This document shows positions 18,010 through 28,488 of a stretch of DNA of 30,100 nucleotides, one piece after another. The number at the start of each line of letters is the position of its first letter. Within the stretch, counting starts at the first letter, position 1. The DNA comes from Breznakia blatticola (GTDB taxonomy: Bacteria; Bacillota_I; Bacilli_A; Erysipelotrichales; Erysipelotrichaceae), in assembly GCF_004365815.1 (NCBI RefSeq), contig NZ_SODD01000032.1, positions 1-30,100 of the forward strand, in the 5' to 3' direction. The position numbers were made by a program, and so were the translations under genes. Below the pieces are notes generated by a model. It did not search any database and was not told where the DNA came from. It saw nothing but the letters and a program-made list of their open reading frames with translations.

Positions 18010-19917
18010 CTATTCTTCGCCTTCCTCAAATTGTGCATTGTATAGTTTTGCATAGAAACCATCTTTTGCCAATAGCTCATCATGGTCTCCAATTTCCACA
18101 ATATCACCTTTATCCATAACGATGATTACATCCGCATTACGGATTGTCGATAATCTATGCGCAATTACAAAACTTGTACGACCTTTCATTAACTCATCCA
18201 TTCCTTCTTGAATAAGCACTTCGGTACGTGTATCTACATTACTTGTTGCCTCATCAAGAATAAGGATTTTTGGATCCGCTAAGAATGCACGAGCAATCGT
18301 AAGTAATTGTTTTTGTCCTTGTGAAATATTACTAGTTTCTTCATCAAGCATCGTGTTATATCCTTGATCTAACGTTTTCACAAAGTGATCAACTCTTGCT
18401 GTTTTACTTGCTTCGTAAACTTCTTCATCAGTTGCATCTAGTTTTGCATAACGCAAGTTTTCCATTACGGTTCCACTAAATAGCCAAGCATCTTGTAATA
18501 CCATTCCAAACATACTACGTAAGTCTTCACGTCTAAAGTCATCAATGTTGTGATCCCCTACATAAATGGCACCACCATTCAACTCATAAAAACGCATCAA
18601 TAGTTTTACTATAGTTGTTTTACCAGCTCCAGTTGGACCAACGATGGCAACTTTTTGCCCTTCACCAACACGTAAACTGAAATCATTAATTACCATTTTA
18701 TCTGGTGAGTATCCAAATTTAACGTTATCAAATGTAACTGTACTAGGAATGATGATATTCCCTTTTTCATCATAGATTTCTACAGGGTTTGCTGTATCTG
18801 GTTCCATTTCTTTTTCACCAAGGAATTCAAAGACACGTTCACTAGCTGCTGCTGCAGATTGTAATTGGTTCATAATTTGTGCCATTTGACTGATTGGTTG
18901 GTTGAATGAACGTACATATGTAATAAAGGATTGAATTCCACCAATTGAAATTCCAACACCTGTAATTGTTAAACCAAGAATCGAAACGGTCGAGTTTACA
19001 CTTAAGTATCCTCCAACTAAACATACAAGAACATATCCAACGTTTCCAATAAATTGCGTAATTGGCATCATAAGTCCACTTAAGAATTGTGATTTCCAAC
19101 CTGACTTGTACAGTTGATCATTGTATTCTTTAAATTGTTGGACACTATCTTCTTCACCATTAAAGGCTTTAACTATCATGTGTCCACCATACATTTCTTC
19201 AACGTGTCCATTTAATGCACCAAGTGATTGTTGTTGGGCAAAGAACAGAGGTTGTGAACGTTTGGTAATCATCATGACAATGATTGCTGAAAATGGCAAG
19301 ACAAGTAAAGCTACAATTGTCATCATCCACGATACACTAAACATCATGATTGCATATCCAATAACTGAAATCACAGATGTAATTAAGTTTGTTACGGATT
19401 GCTGTAAACCTTGCGATAAGGTATCCACATCATTGGTTACACGACTTAACACATCTCCTTGACTTGTTTTGTCAAAGTATGAAAGTGGTAAACGATTAAT
19501 TTTTTCAGTAATTTCATTACGTAAGTTATAGGCGATCTTTTGGGTCATACCTGTCATCATAAATCCTTGAATATAACCACATAATGCACTAAATAAATAC
19601 ATTCCTAGCAATTTCACAATAATGTCTAAGATGCCATCAAAATCAATACCACCTTTACCAGATATTTTATTGGTAATTCCTGTAACTAGTATATCGGTTG
19701 CTTCTCCAAGAATCTTTGGACCAACAATCATAAAGATTGTACTTAAAACCGCAAATATCATAATTACGATTAATTGAATTTTATATGCAGAGATGTATCC
19801 CATCATCTGACGTACAGCTTTTTTGAAGTCTTTTGCTTTTTCTGTACCACCGCGGTTTCCACCATGACCAAAGCCCATTTGAGGAGCTCTTCTTTGTTTT
19901 TGTTGTTGATTACTCAT
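18010..19917 (-). CDS. ABC exporter permease/ATPase fusion (consensus-site subunit of a heterodimer)
   Basis: 635 aa with six TM helices plus an NBD. Walker A is GPTGAGKTT, Walker B is ILILDEATS and the H-loop is AHRLST, but the signature reads ISQGQ. Confidence 0.9.
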   Translation of the reverse strand: MSNQQQKQRRAPQMGFGHGGNRGGTEKAKDFKKAVRQMMGYISAYKIQLIVIMIFAVLSTIFMIVGPKILGEATDILVTGITNKISGKGGIDFDGILDIIVKLLGMYLFSALCGYIQGFMMTGMTQKIAYNLRNEITEKINRLPLSYFDKTSQGDVLSRVTNDVDTLSQGLQQSVTNLITSVISVIGYAIMMFSVSWMMTIVALLVLPFSAIIVMMITKRSQPLFFAQQQSLGALNGHVEEMYGGHMIVKAFNGEEDSVQQFKEYNDQLYKSGWKSQFLSGLMMPITQFIGNVGYVLVCLVGGYLSVNSTVSILGLTITGVGISIGGIQSFITYVRSFNQPISQMAQIMNQLQSAAAASERVFEFLGEKEMEPDTANPVEIYDEKGNIIIPSTVTFDNVKFGYSPDKMVINDFSLRVGEGQKVAIVGPTGAGKTTIVKLLMRFYELNGGAIYVGDHNIDDFRREDLRSMFGMVLQDAWLFSGTVMENLRYAKLDATDEEVYEASKTARVDHFVKTLDQGYNTMLDEETSNISQGQKQLLTIARAFLADPKILILDEATSNVDTRTEVLIQEGMDELMKGRTSFVIAHRLSTIRNADVIIVMDKGDIVEIGDHDELLAKDGFYAKLYNAQFEEGEE

Positions 19918-22171
19918 TGTCTAGCTCCTCCTTACTTAATTGAGAATACGCAATTTCTTGGTATACCTCACATGATTTCATAAGTTCTTCATGTGTACCT
20001 TTAGCAACAATACTTCCTTCATCAAGCACGATAATTTGATCTGCTTGCATAATTGAAGAAACACGTTGTGCAACCACAAGAATCGTACTTCCTGTTTTTT
20101 CAACAAGTTTATTTAATGCTTCACGAACTGTTGCATCCGTTTTAAAGTCTAAGGCACTAAAACTATCATCAAAGATATAAATCTCTGGGTTTTTAGCAAC
20201 TGCACGAGCAATCGATAATCTTTGTTTTTGCCCACCAGAAACATTGGATCCACCTTGCGCGATTTCACTTTCAAATCCTTCTGGTTTTTGTGAGATAAAC
20301 TCAGTTGCTTGTGCAACATCTGCAGCAAGTTGCATTTGCTTATCACTCATGTTTTCATCACTATATTTAATATTGCTTTCGATTGTACCAGAGAATAACA
20401 CTCCTTTTTGTGGTACTAAACCAATTTTCTTACGAAGTTCTTGTTGGGTTACATCTTTGATGTTTACACCATCTACTTCGATCGTTCCACCTGTTGTATC
20501 AAAGAAACGTGGAATCAAATTCACAATTGTACTTTTTCCAGATCCTGTACTTCCTATGAACGCAGTAGTTTGTCTTGGTTTTGCCACAAAACTAATATCA
20601 TGTAATACATCTTCTTCCGCTCCTGGGTAACGGAACGAAACATTTTTGAATTCCACATATCCTTTTTCATTTGTATCGAATGTTTTTGGAGTTTCTGGAT
20701 CTTGAATATGTAATTTTGTGTTCAACACTTCAAATACACGTGCAGCTGATGCAGATGCTCTTGGCAGCATAATTGAAATGATCGCAATCATCATAAATGA
20801 CATAATGATTTGCATCGCATATTGAATAAAGGCAATCATTTGACCAATTTGCATATTACCTAAATCAATTTGATGTGCTGCAACCCATACAATAAGTAAA
20901 CTTGTCGCACTGAAAATAAATTGCACTAGCGGCATAACTACTGCCATCGTACGACCAGTAAATAGTTGTACTTTCATTTGATCGCGGTTTGCTTTTTCCA
21001 TTCTTGCTTCTTCATACTTTTCAGTATGGAAAGCACGAATAACTAACATTCCACTTAAGTCTTCACGCATAACTAAGTTGATTTTATCAATTAGTTTTTG
21101 AACGATTTTGAATTTTGGACCAGCAACTGCAAATGTAGTAGCCATAATACCCATAATAACTGCAACGACTAACACAATAATCCAAATCATACCCGAACCA
21201 TCATTCAACACCCTCATAATCGCACCAAAGGCTAGAATTGGTGAATAAATAATAATTCGCATTCCCATAATTAGAATCATTTGAATTTGTTGGATATCAT
21301 TTGTTGTACGTGTAATCAAACTTGCTGTTGAGAATTTATTGAATTCTTCATTTGAGAAACTTTCCACTTTTTCAAATACATCTTGACGCATTCGCCTAGC
21401 AACACCATTTCCAATTAAACTCGCGATGAATCCAACTAAGATAGCACAAATTACTCCACCTAGTGAAATTGCAAGCATCTTTGTTCCTGTGGCAAAGATG
21501 TAATTGTTTTGAACCCGTTGTGTATCTACACCTAAACGTTCATATTCACCTTTCACCATTGACATACTTGCCATAGAACCAAGCTCTTCCAATTTTGCTT
21601 TTTGCTCATCAACCATCTTTAATGTTTCTTCTTTTGGTTGCATTTGTAAGGCATCAAAAATACTCATACCTTCTGGAAGATTGTCCATGACTTCTTGCAT
21701 TTGTTTTGCTTGATCTTCATCCAAGTAACTTGCATTTCCATTACTAATGCTTTCCATTCCATTCACCATAAGGAATGGAACATTCATTACTTCATCCAGT
21801 TTTTCAAATTTTGCATCACTAAGATCTTTTAGTACATAAATCCCACTATCTTTAATAACGCTTGTATTTGATAAATCGATTTCTTCAGGTAGTTCGTCAT
21901 TTTTAATATCCGCAAATGCGATATATTCATAACTATCTTCCATCACTTTTGCTTCTTTAGTATTCATAAAAATCAACGTATGGTCATACGTATCCTTACT
22001 CATCATCTCAGGGACACCACTATCGAACCCACCAGCTTGTATACCGTTACTGATGATGTCACTCATATAATCTGGTAGCGCTAATTCTGCTTGTGCTTGT
22101 CCATATAATAAACCCACAACCATCAGTAACATCCACCAATACTTCTTTAAGTATTTAAACGTTCTTATCAT
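19910..22171 (-). CDS. ABC exporter permease/ATPase fusion (degenerate-site subunit) with a large TM1-TM2 insertion
   Basis: 753 aa. Walker A is GSTGSGKST and the signature is VSGGQ. Walker B is IYIFDD followed by S (Asp where the catalytic Glu is expected), and the H-loop position is Gln (VAQRVSS). It overlaps its partner by 8 nt and marR by 4 nt. Confidence 0.9.
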   Translation of the reverse strand: MIRTFKYLKKYWWMLLMVVGLLYGQAQAELALPDYMSDIISNGIQAGGFDSGVPEMMSKDTYDHTLIFMNTKEAKVMEDSYEYIAFADIKNDELPEEIDLSNTSVIKDSGIYVLKDLSDAKFEKLDEVMNVPFLMVNGMESISNGNASYLDEDQAKQMQEVMDNLPEGMSIFDALQMQPKEETLKMVDEQKAKLEELGSMASMSMVKGEYERLGVDTQRVQNNYIFATGTKMLAISLGGVICAILVGFIASLIGNGVARRMRQDVFEKVESFSNEEFNKFSTASLITRTTNDIQQIQMILIMGMRIIIYSPILAFGAIMRVLNDGSGMIWIIVLVVAVIMGIMATTFAVAGPKFKIVQKLIDKINLVMREDLSGMLVIRAFHTEKYEEARMEKANRDQMKVQLFTGRTMAVVMPLVQFIFSATSLLIVWVAAHQIDLGNMQIGQMIAFIQYAMQIIMSFMMIAIISIMLPRASASAARVFEVLNTKLHIQDPETPKTFDTNEKGYVEFKNVSFRYPGAEEDVLHDISFVAKPRQTTAFIGSTGSGKSTIVNLIPRFFDTTGGTIEVDGVNIKDVTQQELRKKIGLVPQKGVLFSGTIESNIKYSDENMSDKQMQLAADVAQATEFISQKPEGFESEIAQGGSNVSGGQKQRLSIARAVAKNPEIYIFDDSFSALDFKTDATVREALNKLVEKTGSTILVVAQRVSSIMQADQIIVLDEGSIVAKGTHEELMKSCEVYQEIAYSQLSKEELDNE

Positions 22172-22617
22172 TTGCAGTTCCTTTCCTTCTCTTCTTCGTC
22201 AAGGTATTTCACCATTTTCTCCATAATACGAAATAGTTGATCCGTATCTTCATCACCTAAATAATCAAGAATTGCATTTACGCGTTGATTCATTTGGGTT
22301 TCAATTTTACGAATTTCTATATTTGCTAATTCAGATACTTGAATGTAAACACTTCTTCGATCGTCATCTCGAATAATACGTTCAACCAAACCACGTTCTT
22401 CAAGTTTACGCACAACTTGCGTCGCAGCTGGTGCACTAAAACGGAATTTCTTGGCAATTTGACTAATTTTAATTGGTTCTCCATTTCCAATTTTCTTAAT
22501 TCCATTTAAAAACATCATATCTTGATGCTTTATTTCATGGCAATCCTCTCTTGGTTTTAAACGACGTGCCATATACATCATTTCTCTAAATTTTCTCGCA
22601 CGATCTTTACTTGGCAT
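22168..22617 (-). CDS. MarR-family transcriptional regulator
   Basis: Winged HTH (ISQIAKKFRFSAPAATQVVRKLEERGLVERIIRDDDRRSVYIQV). I prefer the ATG at 22617 with SD GGAGGTG. The track start at 22650 lies inside the operator palindrome and has no SD. Confidence 0.85.
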   Translation of the reverse strand: MPSKDRARKFREMMYMARRLKPREDCHEIKHQDMMFLNGIKKIGNGEPIKISQIAKKFRFSAPAATQVVRKLEERGLVERIIRDDDRRSVYIQVSELANIEIRKIETQMNQRVNAILDYLGDEDTDQLFRIMEKMVKYLDEEEKERNCK

Positions 22618-22632
22618 ACTCACCTCCGCAAT

Positions 22633-22658
22633 ACTTAAGTTACTTAACATTTAAGTAA
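22633..22658 (-). promoter_or_regulatory. Palindromic operator candidate (MarR autoregulation)
   Basis: TTACTTAA-CAT-TTAAGTAA is a perfect 8-bp inverted repeat (22640..22658). An adjacent palindrome ACTTAAGT lies at 22633..22640. Both sit between the -10 box and the SD. Confidence 0.5.
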
Positions 22659-22662
22659 TTGA

Positions 22663-22691
22663 ATAATACACGCACTTAACTGTTATGTCAA
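22663..22691 (-). promoter_or_regulatory. Sigma-A promoter of the marR-ABC operon
   Basis: Minus strand: TTGACA (22691..22686), a 17-nt spacer, then TATTAT (22668..22663). Confidence 0.7.
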
Positions 22692-22800
22692 CCTATTTTT
22701 TCTCTCCTAATAAAAATATTTTTCCTTTTTACTCGAACAAGTATATCAAGTTTCACATTACATATCATTGAAAGCACTCATATCTTTTTATATGGACTAC

Positions 22801-22828
22801 AAAAAAAGCAAGGACCTTACATCCTTAC
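22801..22828 (-). terminator. Intrinsic terminator ~225 nt downstream of rmuC
   Basis: GUAAGGA-UGUAAGG-UCCUUGC forms a 7-bp stem and is followed by U7. Confidence 0.75.
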
Positions 22829-23053
22829 TTCTTTCATTATTCTTTTGGAAGACAATACCATCAACCAATATTTCTAATTTACTCCCCTCCTATTCTTTTG
22901 AAGTTTTACTTTTCTTTGGCTGTTGGTTATGATTTCAACATCCATCGCAACACCTCCATTTATGTTTGAACCTTTTGGATTCTTTGTTTATACATTCATT
23001 ATAGTCGATATAAAGAGAAGTAACATACATTTACAAAGATTTGGTATTTTTGT

Positions 23054-24133
23054 CTACATTGTTGGCAAATTTGGTGTCTCACTCACTTCTTCAAGTTCAA
23101 CTGCTTCAATTTGTCTAAAGCGTTTTTCTATTTTATTTGCAGTAATTAGTACTTGTTGCATATCTTTATGTGTTCGTTGTAAATCATTAGCAACTGCTTG
23201 ATAACGATCAGTAAAACGATCAAACTCCACTGCAAGTTTATTCAACTCCATTTGAATATCTTGCATCTTTTCATTTTTTTGTTGTCCTAAATATAGTGCT
23301 TTAATCGCAGTAATATATGCCATTAAGGTTGTTGGTGAAACTAAATAGACATGTTTTTGATATGAGTACGTTATAACTTCTTCCATGTTTGAACTAATAT
23401 ATGAAAATATCGCTTCTGCTGGAATAAACATATACGCAAACTCACTGGTTTCATCTTTAATTAAATACTTTGTTGCAATTGCATCAATATGCTTTTTCAC
23501 ATCGTGTTTAAACATATTGTAAACTGTAGTTTTTTGAGCTTGTACTAATTCAGGATCCATTAAACGATTGAAATTCTCTAAAGGAAACTTTGAATCCACT
23601 GGAATTTTGCCTAATGCATCATTTCCAAAAATAATCGCATCTACAATATGTCCATTTGATAATTTATACTGTTTTTGATAGCGTGTTTGATCTAAACCAA
23701 ATGCGTTTTCTAAAATTTGATATAATTCTACTTCTCCATAAATTCCACGCGTTTTCTTATCATTTAATATGTTATGCAAACTTGATATGTCATGTGAAAG
23801 TAGTGTTAACTGTTCTTGTGTTTTATCAATCTTACCAATTTGATTCATCACTTCGCGAAACACTTTCCCTGTTGACTCAAAAGATACATTGACTTGTTGG
23901 TTTAAGCTTTGTTGCATCTTGTTTAGTTTTTCTGCTGTATTCTCATTTAACATATTCATATCATTTCGCACACTTTGACTTATCGCGAGTTGAAAATCAA
24001 GTAGTTGTTTTTGTAGTCGATCAAGTTCTTCATGATCTTCGTGTTTCTGTTGCTTCAATACAACAAAAAGCACGACAAGTAGCAGTGCAATTAATATAAT
24101 AAGTAATCCAATCAGTATCATTTCTGTATTCAT
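23054..24133 (-). CDS. rmuC: DNA recombination protein RmuC
   Basis: 359 aa with an N-terminal TM helix and a long coiled coil. The C-terminal nuclease-like region contains HIVDAIIFGNDALGKIPVDSKFPLE. Confidence 0.85.
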   Translation of the reverse strand: MNTEMILIGLLIILIALLLVVLFVVLKQQKHEDHEELDRLQKQLLDFQLAISQSVRNDMNMLNENTAEKLNKMQQSLNQQVNVSFESTGKVFREVMNQIGKIDKTQEQLTLLSHDISSLHNILNDKKTRGIYGEVELYQILENAFGLDQTRYQKQYKLSNGHIVDAIIFGNDALGKIPVDSKFPLENFNRLMDPELVQAQKTTVYNMFKHDVKKHIDAIATKYLIKDETSEFAYMFIPAEAIFSYISSNMEEVITYSYQKHVYLVSPTTLMAYITAIKALYLGQQKNEKMQDIQMELNKLAVEFDRFTDRYQAVANDLQRTHKDMQQVLITANKIEKRFRQIEAVELEEVSETPNLPTM

Positions 24134-24172
24134 AATATCACCTATGTAAGTATATCATACTATCTTTTGGCT

Positions 24173-24200
24173 AAAATAAAAACGCACGATTGTGCGCTTT
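24173..24200 (-). terminator. Intrinsic terminator of the 129-aa gene
   Basis: GCGCAC-AAUC-GUGCGU hairpin followed by UUUUAUUUU, starting 2 nt after the stop codon. Confidence 0.8.
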
Positions 24201-24201
24201 T

Positions 24202-24591
24202 CTACTTTCTTCCAAAAAATAAAAACTCTTGTTGGTTTACTTCTGGATCTGCCATTAAACGATTGATTTCATCAAATCCTTTAACTTCAATAATTTCGAT
24301 TCCTTTTGTTATCATATCTGGATTCCAAGCAGCATAGAAATCTTCTACTGCTAGTTCTTGTGATACTTCTGGAACCATTACCATCGAGAACGAATTATCA
24401 TCTAAATAGTTCCAACCTGCAATAAAATCTCCTTCAGGTAATGGATCTTTATATAAGATTGACAAATACTTCCCTTCACGTCCATTATGGATAAATGAGT
24501 GAGCAAGATAACGTTCACTTCCATTGAAATAAACCATAACTAAACTACGATAATCTAAGTTTGGTTGCTTTTGATATATAGTTTTTTCCAT
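24202..24591 (-). CDS. Hypothetical cytoplasmic protein (129 aa), no family recognised
   Basis: Clean ORF with an SD-like AGGAAAGGAA upstream and its own terminator. There is no TM segment or signal peptide, and I cannot assign any motif. Confidence 0.7.
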   Translation of the reverse strand: MEKTIYQKQPNLDYRSLVMVYFNGSERYLAHSFIHNGREGKYLSILYKDPLPEGDFIAGWNYLDDNSFSMVMVPEVSQELAVEDFYAAWNPDMITKGIEIIEVKGFDEINRLMADPEVNQQEFLFFGRK

Positions 24592-24756
24592 AATTCAACA
24601 TTCCTTTCCTAATATATATAAATTACTACACGTTTATTGTATCTAATTTTATTGATTTTGTCTTTTGCATGGCTCCACTTCTTTAGTTTTATACTTGTTA
24701 AACTATGTATAATAAAATGTATGGCTTTAATCAACTCATTTTAATACACTTTTACA

Positions 24757-26232
24757 TTATTCAGAAAAATCTTGGTCACGAATATCTTGTTCGTATTTTG
24801 TGATGTTCGCTTTACTTACATTACGTATTCTTCCTTTGATTGGCAAGTTTTGTAGTGCATCAAATACTTTCTGACCTTTACCATTCAAGATTTCAACAAA
24901 TGTAGAAACATCAACAATTGCAATCACGCCAATATCTTCAGCATGAATTCCTTCAATAGAAGTAATTGCACCTACAATATCACCAGCACGCATCTTCGTT
25001 TTCTTTCCAGCATTAATATGCAACTTCATAATATCATTGTTAAATGCTAGACTCTTTTCTTTAATAAGTTTGCGTTTTTGTTGTAGTGTTTGTTCATATA
25101 TTTGTCGTTTATCTTCTACATCTTCCATATGTAATGGTGTCTGCATTTGAATTATTGTCTGTAGTTCATCTTCAAATGCTTTGATCTGCTTTCTTTGTTG
25201 TGGCTCAAATAATGTTATTGCTTTTCCTTCATGATCTATACGACCTGTTCGTCCAATACGATGTACATAGGTTTGTACATCTGTGGGAACATCATAATTT
25301 ACAATCAATTCAACCTTTTCAATATCTAGACCTCTAGCTGCAACATCAGTTGCAATTAAATAACGAAAATATCCCAGTTTAAAGTCTGTAATTACTTTGA
25401 TTCGATCTTTTTGATCCATTCCACCATGTAACTTACGCGCAACTTTTGTATCAAATAGAATTTCACTTGCTACATGATTTACTGTTTCTTGCATATTACA
25501 GAAAACAATTGCACTTTCAGGATTTTCGTTTATTAAGATAGCCTGTAGCAATTCATCTTTATTGTCTGCTTCGTATGCATCTTGATGTATCATATCAAAG
25601 ACATTTCGCTCACTTGTTACTTCAATATACGTAGGCTTCTTCATATATCTTGAACATAGTTTTTCAATATGTTCATCTAGTGTTGCTGATAGCAATATAT
25701 TTACACGATTTGATGGCAGTTGTTGTAGAATTTGATGCATTTCTTCTTCAAAACCCATTGTAAACATTTCATCTGCTTCATCAATCACGACATACTTAAT
25801 ATTGCTTACATCGAGTGTATTTTGTTGTAAATGATCAAGTACACGTCCAGGAGTTCCAACGACAGCATGTGTACGTTGTGCTAATTGTTTTCTTTGTCCT
25901 TCAAAAGACATCTTTCCAAATATAGCTTGTGTATTTAGTCGTTTATATCTACCTAGATTAAACATTTCATCTTTTACTTGTAATGCAAGTTCTCTAGTTG
26001 GCACTAAAACAAGTACTTGCGGTGTTCGAATATCCCATTGCAGTTGATTTAAAATAGGCACTGCAAAAGCAGCAGTTTTTCCACTTCCTGTTTGTGATTT
26101 CACAATCGCATCTTCATTGTTTAAAATCACAGGAAATAACTGTTCTTGAACCTTTGTAGGTTGTATATAACCTAACGTATCTATTGCTTTTACAATATCT
26201 TTTTCAAATCCGTATGTATTAAATTTCTTCAT
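24757..26232 (-). CDS. DEAD-box ATP-dependent RNA helicase with a DbpA/YxiN-type C-terminal RNA-binding domain
   Basis: Q-motif, GSGKT, DEAD (VVIDEADEM), SAT and HRIGRTGR motifs. The C-terminus (KLHINAGKKTKMRAGDIVGAI...) resembles the DbpA RBD. I prefer the start MKKFNTYGF at 26232 over the upstream ATG at 26283. Confidence 0.88.
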   Translation of the reverse strand: MKKFNTYGFEKDIVKAIDTLGYIQPTKVQEQLFPVILNNEDAIVKSQTGSGKTAAFAVPILNQLQWDIRTPQVLVLVPTRELALQVKDEMFNLGRYKRLNTQAIFGKMSFEGQRKQLAQRTHAVVGTPGRVLDHLQQNTLDVSNIKYVVIDEADEMFTMGFEEEMHQILQQLPSNRVNILLSATLDEHIEKLCSRYMKKPTYIEVTSERNVFDMIHQDAYEADNKDELLQAILINENPESAIVFCNMQETVNHVASEILFDTKVARKLHGGMDQKDRIKVITDFKLGYFRYLIATDVAARGLDIEKVELIVNYDVPTDVQTYVHRIGRTGRIDHEGKAITLFEPQQRKQIKAFEDELQTIIQMQTPLHMEDVEDKRQIYEQTLQQKRKLIKEKSLAFNNDIMKLHINAGKKTKMRAGDIVGAITSIEGIHAEDIGVIAIVDVSTFVEILNGKGQKVFDALQNLPIKGRIRNVSKANITKYEQDIRDQDFSE

Positions 26233-26296
26233 TATCTTTACTTTCTTTGGTTTGCACTCCCAAGTATACTTGCAAAGCATCATTTCGTCCAGTTAC

Positions 26297-26327
26297 AAAA
26301 GAAAACAAGTAGTTTCCTACCTGTTTC
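26297..26327 (-). terminator. Intrinsic terminator of the sigma-fusion / surface-protein operon
   Basis: 11-bp stem (two G.U pairs) closed by a GAAA tetraloop, followed by CUUUUG. It lies 13 nt after the stop codon. Confidence 0.7.
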
Positions 26328-26340
26328 TCTATATTATAAA

Positions 26341-28488
<2,148 letters not shown>

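Noticed and set aside
18842-19099. Nested minus-strand ORFs in alternative frames (18842..19099, 20149..20346, 27672..27866).
   Set aside because: They are fully contained in the ABC transporter and surface-protein genes, whose own frames carry unmistakable family motifs.
23054-24591. rmuC plus the adjacent orphan gene as a possible defence module.
   Set aside because: RmuC here has the ordinary housekeeping architecture (TM helix, coiled coil, nuclease-like domain). The two genes are separated by a strong terminator, and no other defence-type partner (methylase, ATPase, RT, toxin) is nearby.
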